A stretch of DNA of 64,000 nucleotides from the human T2T-CHM13v2.0 reference genome, Homo sapiens, in assembly GCF_009914755.1 (NCBI RefSeq), contig NC_060926.1. One strand, 5' to 3'. This document shows positions 55,002 through 64,000 of this stretch, piece after piece. The translations under genes and the position numbers were made by a program. The notes under the pieces were generated by a model. The model saw nothing but the letters and a program-made list of their open reading frames with translations. It had not been told where the DNA came from and did no database searches. Position 1 is the first letter of the stretch. Every line of letters starts with the position of its first letter.

Positions 55002-56677
55002 CAGACTGCTATTATCTAAATGTGTAATCTTTATTAAGGTGTTTCTCAAATCTAGGACCAAGGTTCCTCATTTGTAGAATTGTTGTCTAGATGTAATGAT
55101 TTGAAAAGTCTTTTTCAGCTCTCACAATTCTAAGATTACATGTTCTTTTTATACTATCATAAGTATATAGGGACACAAATTATAAAAGTAGGCTATTTGC
55201 AGCCTTTAATTGCCCTCTGTAAGCTAATAGGAAAATTTTAACTTTCCCATTCTTTCTTCTTCACCCTTCTAGAAAGTGATTAAATGTGTAACTAAGAAAG
55301 AGTGAGGGAGACCTCAGAAGGCTGTTAGGAGAAGATAAAGGGGTTTTTCTGGAAGCAGAACATTGGAGCAAGGTGCATCAGAAGACCTGTGGTGTATAGG
55401 ACAGTAGATCAGAGAAGAACAATCAAGATACTGAAAACATATTTCTGAGATTTATATATAAATGTCATGAGTTATTTTGAAAGTGTTTCCTTGCACGAAT
55501 ATGTTCTTTGCATTGAGATATGTCTCCAGAACTTAAACTATAGTGTTCATAGCTTTGTGAGTGTTCTAGAAAGCAGTATTGTTTAATGAAGTGAAAATTA
55601 CCTCAGAATCTGAAGTGTAAAACTAGTAAAACCATTAGGGGGTTTCCAAAGCTCACAACAATACCCCTTCTGCTATTCTGTGAACTGCTCCTACCCCCTG
55701 CCCACATAGATGACCGTGCCAGGCAGAATTTGCCTCCATGTCCATGAGGAGCTAAGCCATTACTCACTGAGTCTCAGCCTTCCTGTCACCTGTCTTTCTT
55801 GCTCTTGCCTTCCTGCCCTCTTTTTCTCTCCCTTTCCATAATCCATCTCTGCCACACTCTGCATATCTAATTCACTCGTCTTTCTGCCAAACAGCTTTTA
55901 CTGGGTCCATTTGGATACAACTTTCTCACAGCTCCTGGGTTCATATACCCTTAGTAGCAGACATCAGCAAAGATCAACCAATTGTTTTCAATCCCAATTC
56001 CAAATTTATAGCAGAAAAAAATTTGGCCAGCCCAGCTCTGTCCAGGCGTCTACACCTGGTACTGGCCTCGGCCCGGCAATGTTATAGAAAAGCCTCCTCA
56101 ACTGTGAAGCACCGAACAAACATAGGGCACTACTAGTATTCCTTAATTCTCTAAATCTATTGTTTCTAAAATGTTATCATCCTATGAACTTTCCATACAC
56201 AGGTCGCAAAGATCTGGTGCTTCCACAACCCACCAATTTGCCACATCATTAAGAATTACACATAGCCCATTACCCCGCAAGCAAACAAATGCACACTCTG
56301 TAATGGGGAAAATCTGGGCACTGAACCATGGATTCTCTCACTGTGCCAGCCCCACTCCACTGACATGGATTATAAGACATTATTTACTCTGGGCTTCTGT
56401 CTCTGAAAGTCAGAATTCTCTAGTGGCCATAACACTTGTCATTGCCCATCCTCCCCATTGGGTGTCCTGAGTGTTCCCTGTCTCCAGGCATTTTGTCGGT
56501 AACAGTGTCAATAAAGCAGAGGCGGTTTCTGAACAATTTATGAATGCTAACTAATAATCCCTCCTCAAGACAGGTGACTGAAATGGGTCTCACTGCCACA
56601 GAGATAATTAAGGAATATTGCCTAAAAACAATGGAGTGTCACCTCACTTGTACAAGAAACTTGTCGTAGTCAGGGAC

Positions 56678-57068
56678 TCTTATGATCTGAATTATGTCAC
56701 CTTAAAATTCACATGTTGAAGCCCTAATCCACAATGTGACTAAATGTGGAGATAGGAGCTTTAGGGAGGCAACTAAGGTTAAATGAAGCCATGATGGTGG
56801 AGTCCTAATACAACAGGACTGGTGGTGTTGATAAGAAAAGGGAAGAGATCCCAGGGATTGGTGTGCACAGAGAAAAGGCCATTTGAGGACAAAGTAAGAA
56901 GGCAGCCTTTTGCAACCCAAGGTGAGAGGCATCTATTGAAACCAACCCTGACACCACTTTGATCTTGTGCTTCTAGCCTCCAAAACTGTAATTAAATAAA
57001 TTTCTGTTGTTTAAGCACCACCCCTCCCCAGCAGTATTTTGTTATGGCGGCCTGAGTAGACTACTACA
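56678..57068 (+). mobile_element. MaLR solo LTR, MLT1A-like
   Basis: aaattcacatgttgaagccctaa start, aaccaaccctgacacc...aataaatttctgttgtttaagc, gactactaca end. Confidence 0.85.
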
Positions 57069-58909
57069 GTAACCCTGTTGACACACACTTGAAAACAAAA
57101 AATGAATATCTGTCTGTGGCCCAGGCCACCTCCAGAGAAGATGATCAGTTTTTCTCCCCAGGTCAATTTCTCCAATGACATTAACATCTGATTTCCACTC
57201 AAGTGATGTGATCAGCTCTGCGCTGATCTGAACTGGTCACCAAGACAAGCAAAAATCCCGAATCGAACCCGCCACCGCTTGCTGTTTTTCAGTTGTCTAG
57301 ACATGGTCATAAATAGTTGGATGACTGCTCACTATAAATTTTTAATGAGAGATTTTGAAATTAGAAAAGTAGAGAAGCAATTGGAATTTATGGCCTGGAG
57401 TTATAAAATAAGCAGGGACCCACCTGCAAAGCCAGCGCTGGGTTTCCATCAGCTTCCTCACACCAGTAGCTCTCTCGACTATGCAAGTCCAGAATGCCAG
57501 CCTCGTTTTTACTCCCCCGACTCCTCCTAGAAAAAATCCCACAGTATCTTTTTCCGATTCTTAGGTTATGGAATGAGAATTTTAAAATCACTCAGAAAGC
57601 ATCACATATAAGTCAAATTAAATGATTTGGGGGTTTTCTGCTAGTCTAGCTAGGTAGTTCCTAAGCAGATTGGGTTAATGACCCCTTTGAAAATAAAAGG
57701 CAGAGACAGACATTCTCTCCAGATAATATCTATATATTGCAAAAAATTGGGGGAATATACAGGAATCTTGAAGTTTATTCAAGCACTTGTGGATGCCTGG
57801 TTGATATTCTTATAAGATTAACTGTGCCTCAGCTTCCTTCTCTCATTTGGATCTAGGTTTTCTAAGTTCTGTTCCTGTATAAATTTGGATTTTCAGAAAG
57901 CAATATACCTGGACAATGTTCTATTAAAATACACTCACTGAATTAGGCTATATTACTGTGCCCTCAGAAAGGATAAAAACATATTTACATCTATATGCAA
58001 AATGTGTACATGCATAAGTATGTGCTGTTGTCTTTCTTTTTTTCCCCAAAATTTTAGCAGAAGACATTGTACTTAATATGACCCAATGTGTCTTTTACAT
58101 AAAGATCCTGGTGATGAAATGTTTTTTTCCCCTTGTTTCTTTTCACTGAGCTTCCTTCCACAGGCAATAAAAGCAATACAATTCAACATGTTTACCTTTT
58201 TTTCTTTGCTCCCAGAAATCTTACAGCTTAGTTTTATTGCTAACAGCAATAACCAACTTACTAAGAGTTTCTGGAAATCATCCTTTAATTTTAAGTTTAT
58301 TTAATTATTTTTAACTAGTTTGACCCAAGGAAAATCTTTTTTGAGATAGGCAGGACACGAAGGATAAAAGGGAAAAAGTTAGCAGCCAGCAGATAACAAT
58401 TGCCTTCAGCAGCAGGATAAGTGACAGATTTTAGTGGGAAAAAATATATATATAATTTCCAATCTTGACTCAGTAGAGTGAATGATACTCTCCTCTCAGT
58501 ACAAAGATGATACTAAATGTTTCACCATCAATGGGATATTATTTTATTCTTTTAGCTAACAGGTACTGACAATAAAACTAGATGCCAAAAACTCTATGAG
58601 ATGGAAATTGAGGTGGGGGAGTGTAAATGAAACAAGATAAAGCCCCTACCCTTAGGAGATGAGCCATTCATAACTTCAGGGAGAAGTGGTGATTACAGAG
58701 CAGAGTGAAAAGTACTGTGTGGAGTGTACACACAGAATATAACTTTTGTATGAGTTTTTTTTTTCAGTAGCTGAGTAGATATGCAACCCCTGTCTCCAAC
58801 TCTTAACTGTACAATCAATCTTTCATTTTGTCACAAAGTCAATTTTCCTAAAATTTTCACTTTCCCATTTAGTTTTCTTGATCAAAAAGTATAGTTTCAA
58901 CTTTTCAAT

Positions 58910-59540
58910 CTATAGGAAGAAATATAAATGGGCAAGAAAACATGAAAAGGGTTCAACTTCACAAAAATAGAAGAACCTCAGTTAAAAACTAGCTATCTTT
59001 TATTTTGCTAACAATTTTACAAAAAAAACCATGATGGAACATTGTCAAAATGTAGAGGAAAAAACACCATTATATATTGTCAATAGGGGACAAATTGTCA
59101 ATATATTTCCAAATCCTTATGGAATCAAGGAACATATGGAATCCATATGTTGAATCAAATGACTTTTGATTCAACATTTTTACTTCTATAAATTTACTCT
59201 AAAGAAATAATTAGTTATATATGACATATATATATATACACACATTATTACATATATGTATATACATAAAAACAGCATTATTTATAACAAAAATTATCTA
59301 ACAAACTATGGTACATAAAATTCCATAGCTCTTGAAAATGTTCAATATCATACAAAAACTTTAATAAAATTACTGACTATAAACAAAGCAGGTTATAAAA
59401 CAGAATGTCTAGTAAAATTGTACATGTGTAAATATGTATGTGTGGGTGGGTGGGTAGGTAGTTCATGGATAGATAGAAATACATAAAGACCTATGGATTC
59501 AAAAGTCTGAAGAATATAGATGGAAACACTGTCTCTAAAA
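58910..59540 (+). mobile_element. Old L1M (L1ME-like) 3' fragments
   Basis: aaacatgaaaagggttcaacttcac, cagcattatttataac and aaactatggtacat. Confidence 0.55.
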
Positions 59541-59715
59541 CAGTGTTTCTCAGCATGTGTCTTTAGGCCCAGTGGCATAATATATCTAAGATTTTGTTAA
59601 AATGCAGATTACAGTGTCCAAACCCAGCTTCTCAATCAGAGCATTGGGGATGGGGACAAAGGTTATATTTTAACAAGTCTCTCAGGTGATGATTATTATG
59701 TGGTAGAGAAGTGTA
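59541..59715. mobile_element. MER5-type MITE
   Basis: cagtgtttctca start, ttgttaaaatgcagatt, ttttaacaagtctctcaggtgat. Confidence 0.75.
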
Positions 59716-59729
59716 CTCTACAATTAAAA

Positions 59730-60545
59730 GGGAATAATATTAATGCCTAGTTCCAGTAAAAATTGCTTTCTGATACAGGAGTCAGCCCAAAGGTGCTCCT
59801 TATGGCCAAAGTACAATTAGTGTAACAATATAAATAACAATAGCATTGAGTCTTAAAGCACATAATAAAACACCAATTGTCCATAAGACCATATTGATAA
59901 AGAATTGAATAATTTTTTCCTTACAAAATAATTCCAAACAATATATGTAGAGACAAAGAGAGGAATAGAAAAATTACTATTAAGCAAATACCACAGTAAT
60001 TGTTGTAAATATGATCAACAATAGATGCTAACATTGATGGATAAAAGCTTGAGGGCAAAAAAAAAACAAAAAAGATATTTGCATTGTCTCAAAGTATCTA
60101 TCTTCCTCAAGATATTTATTAATTACAAAGGAAAGATTTTAACTTTATGAAGAAATGTGGCAGATACTACCTTAGCCAAATAATCAAGGGTAATAGCACC
60201 AGGAAAAAGAAGTATTGATATTATGAAGTCCTTGATAAGATGCACCAGGAAGGAGACAACATTATTTCTGTGGCATTCTTGCCAAAAAACTTTAACCTCA
60301 TTATAACATGAGAACATAACATAAAGAACAATGGAACCCACAATATAATCCTAGAAGAGAAAAAGAACAGTAGTGGGAAAACAGTTCCAATAAGGTACAA
60401 TTTAATTAACATTACTGACCACGGTTCATTTCCTGTTTTTGATCATTGTACAATGGTTACATACATTATTAATATTAGTGGTAGCTGGGTGAGGAATATA
60501 AGCACAGCCCATACTCTTCTTTGAAGCTTTTCTGTAAAATTCATT
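59730..60545 (+). mobile_element. L1MC/L1MD-type 3' UTR
   Basis: ggcagatactaccttagccaaataatcaagg, atttctgtggcattcttgccaaaa and agctgggtgagg...gcttttctgtaaa. Confidence 0.65.
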
Positions 60546-61974
60546 TGAATTTTTTTTCATTGTTAAGCAGTCCCTTGACTCGGCATTTTTCAATTCTCAC
60601 CAATATATTTGTAAATCACAGACATGGACAATCAAGAAGACACCAAAAACAAACTCTCCCCCTAATGACAGATTCTGAAGGGAATTCCCTCTAAATTGGG
60701 CTGCTGATGTTAAATCGAGAAACTCAGTTGATAGCCAACAAATAGCTTAGCGACTTAAAAGAGAGTAAACTAGTAGGACTGAAAGAACGACCTTTGACCA
60801 TGATTCCCCATCATCAGCACCTGGCTCTGAAACTCAAAGTCTGTTTGAATCTGAAAGCTGGACAGCAGTATCTCCATGTAGAGGAGGCAGGGGCTGTTTA
60901 GTCTGGGCAGGCGTCTCCCTGGTCCTCCACTATCTGCCTGAAACACAGTCAGGCTTTGGCATGTGGAATGCTCCAGAGACCATAAGGTGCTTGGCTCCTG
61001 CCGCTCCAGAGCTGTGACTACACCTGCAGTTGTGCAATGCCCAACTCATCAGACTTTCAGGGCAGACCCCTCAGGACCCCGGGAACCAGCCTTTGTCAGG
61101 AGGCACCTCCCTGTTTTGTACCCGGCTGAGCCTAAGTAGAGGATTTCAGCAGTGAATATTGAAGCAGGAGAGAGAAGGAAAACTTGGCAAAGCCACCAAC
61201 TCATGTGTGACCACGTGTGAGAGATCTCTGAGGATTTTTAGAAGTTATTGGAAATGTCTGGAAGGTATAATGGTACTGAATGAATGGCAAGTGCTGGTGT
61301 CTGTCTGTAGAATATGGTTTATTTCTGAGCTCCTGGCATATGGCAAAGGGCCAATACATGTTAGCTATTGTTTTTATTGTTATCTCTTTTGTACCCTCTG
61401 GCTGGGGAAATCTGATCACACACTAGTTAAGCCAGGTCTAAGTTAATAAGAACTTCTTTCCTGATGGTGCTTGAGTTGGAGGCAGCAGTAAGGCAAACAC
61501 AAACAGGGGAGTCCAAATCAGGGTGTTGGTTCTGGATCTGAATTAAGTTGGACCAACCTCTGCTCTTCCTGGAGTCTCCTTTTCTTCTATAAATGTCAAG
61601 GTGGGGTGGAATTGCCAAGGCTCCCTTTGTTAGCCAGAAGGTTCTTTAACTCCACATTTTTCAAATTCTTTCATTTCACTAATTCTTGGACATGATTATG
61701 CAAGCTCTCGATGCTCTGTTCAGTATCAATAGAATGTAGAAAGAACTCCTGTTAGAAACTCAACTCCTCAAACCTCTCTCCAGACCTGCTGAGTCAGAAG
61801 CTCCAGTTGGTTGTGATGCTGGCTCAGGTTTGAGAAGCACAACTCTAGGCTCTCCTCTCATTCTTCAGGGAAGACAAATGATGTCCTAAAAAGAGCTGTG
61901 ACTTGCCTGAAAGTCTAGAAAATGGGTTCCTAATGGGGCAAGACCTGAATCCAGCTCTGCTCACTACTCGAAAT

Positions 61975-62200
61975 GGTAACAATAACAGCTAACAGGGAAA
62001 AGGCCCTTCTTACATGGCAGGTGCTGGGCTAAATACTGAATCTGGATACTACGTTTAATACTAACAAAACCATATCTGGTAAATATTGCTTGAATTTTCC
62101 TATTTAGATTAGGAAACTGAGGTTTACACAGAGCTGACAGATATGGAGCCTGAATTTGAGCTCGTTTAGTCATTCTGGAGCCCATGCTGAACCATTTCAC
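61975..62200 (-). mobile_element. MIR
   Basis: atggcaggtgctgggctaa, aggaaactgagg and ggagcctgaatttgag. Confidence 0.65.
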
Positions 62201-62418
62201 AGCAATAGCTTCTTCGTGTCTTCTCCTTCTTCTCCTTTCCCTCCTCCAGTGCTGATTCTTACAGTGACTATACATATTCCAAGAGAAACACAAAACCAGG
62301 AGGAAAGAACAGACCCTCTTTGAAACACGAATTTTCCTTGCAGATGGAAGTAAAGATATGTTTTTCTATTAGAACAGACATTAATGAATTAGCAGGTAAA
62401 ATGTACACAGAATTTTCA

Positions 62419-62739
<321 letters not shown>

Positions 62740-63109
62740 TTACAACTTTAAATAACATGTAGCATGAGGGTGGCTACTTCAGCTCACACAACATACATGG
62801 AGGGATAGGTCTTCAAACTTGTCCAAGTATGGAAATGCTACTCAGAAAAAAGTTTGAGAACATAGTACCATGTCACTTGAGGTTGCCTTCCATAATACCA
62901 ACTGGTTGTTTGTGTAATCAAGTGGGGGACACTTAATGAAACCTGCTACATATTTGGTAAGTACCTGCCCTTTCATATTTAATTTGCTAGCAGAAAGTGC
63001 CACAATGCATGACATAAAGTGGAGGCTGAATAAATATCTGGTATTTCTTTTATTGAAAGCGCTCACATTTAGTTCACCTATTATCTTATCCTTTATCCGT
63101 AGCTACTCA

Positions 63110-63705
63110 AAGTACTGTCTTCAAACCAACAATCTCAGTATTATGAGATCTTATAATAAGTGCAGAATCTGAGACACCCACCCCCTTCCTATTGGATCAA
63201 AATCTGCTTTTCAACAAATTTCAGGTGATTCATATGTGGATATTGCTTATCTCATCTACCTACTCCCAAAGTAAATACTCCAGTCTAGATCATTGGTTCT
63301 AAAAGTGTGGTCCCTGGACCAAAAGTATCCACATCACCTGGGAACCTGTTACAGGTGCAAATGCTTAGCCTTCATCTCAGATTAGTGAATCAGAAACTCC
63401 AGAGGTAGGGCCAGAAACCTGTGTGTAACAGCTCTTCCAGGCTGGTTTCAAACTTTGGTTTATGTTAAGAATCATTTGCAAGAGATTTTTAAAATCCTAA
63501 TGCCCAAGCTTTGATTCATACTAAGAAAAAAATAATCCATAGACCAGTAGCTCTTACCTCTGGATCGTCTGAGAAGCCTTTAGAACACACCAATGTTTGA
63601 GCCCCACCATTCTGAGGTTTCAGTTATCAGAGCTGATCCCCAAGTATGGTATCTTCAAAAATCTCCCCAGCAGGATTATGTTATTACCTGTGGTTGCACC
63701 ACTTC
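63110..63705. mobile_element. Cluster of ~4 MER5-type MITE fragments
   Basis: Clearest copy at 63291-63441 (gtgtggtccctggacc...catcacctgggaacctgtt...gaatcagaaactc). Others at ~63113-63240, ~63442-63510 and ~63544-63705. Confidence 0.65.
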
Positions 63706-63759
63706 TAAAATCTCAATTAATGTATTCTACTGTCTGACAAGTTCCTCCTATAGTCCTGG

Positions 63760-64000
63760 CTCACTCTTTCTAGTACCCTCAACTCCAGCGATTTGGCCCC
63801 ACTGGGACCTTAGATCCATTGATATCTGCCATTGGTGTTGACTATTCAGTAACCCCCTTCCCCTCTCCCCTGTGAGTCCTCACTTTCCTCCCTGCCTCGT
63901 TTAGATTCCACACACCATTATTATAAACACTGCCTTGATGGGCTCTTCCTCCTTCTGTACCTAGAAAAATCCTAACCCTGGTTAAATCCAGCTCCTCTCA
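63760..64000 (+). mobile_element. L2 internal fragment
   Basis: Pyrimidine-rich sense L2 motifs (gggaccttagatccattgat, aaaatcctaaccctggttaaatcc). Confidence 0.5.

Overview
AT-rich primate genomic DNA, almost certainly human because it carries an AluYa5 with all five diagnostic bases. It has no CpG island and no recognisable multi-exon coding gene, so it reads as a long intron or intergenic region. Transposon relics dominate: 13 Alus (J, S, Y, Ya5), L1PA/L1PB/L1M pieces, L2, MIR, MaLR/ERVL/ERV1 solo LTRs, hAT and Tigger MITEs, and a 7SL RNA retrocopy. I found no credible host-gene ORF in the track: the recognisable ORFs are repeat-derived and the rest look like chance. The most notable observations are: (1) an apparently non-repeat ~195-bp inverted repeat (49414-49609 / 49909-50100) whose mismatches favour G-U wobble pairs on the + strand, a candidate long dsRNA hairpin; (2) a candidate 16-nt minus-strand microexon (20337-20352) with consensus splice sites, an upstream UGC motif and a downstream YCAY cluster; (3) a twin-primed (inverted) L1PB insertion with ~200 bp of extra non-L1 sequence inside its target-site duplication (TSD); (4) a 125-bp copy of part of that L1 inserted ~1.3 kb away; (5) an MLT2A LTR nested inside an MSTA LTR. 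Family calls come from recalled consensus motifs, not from a database search, and boundaries of old repeats are approximate.
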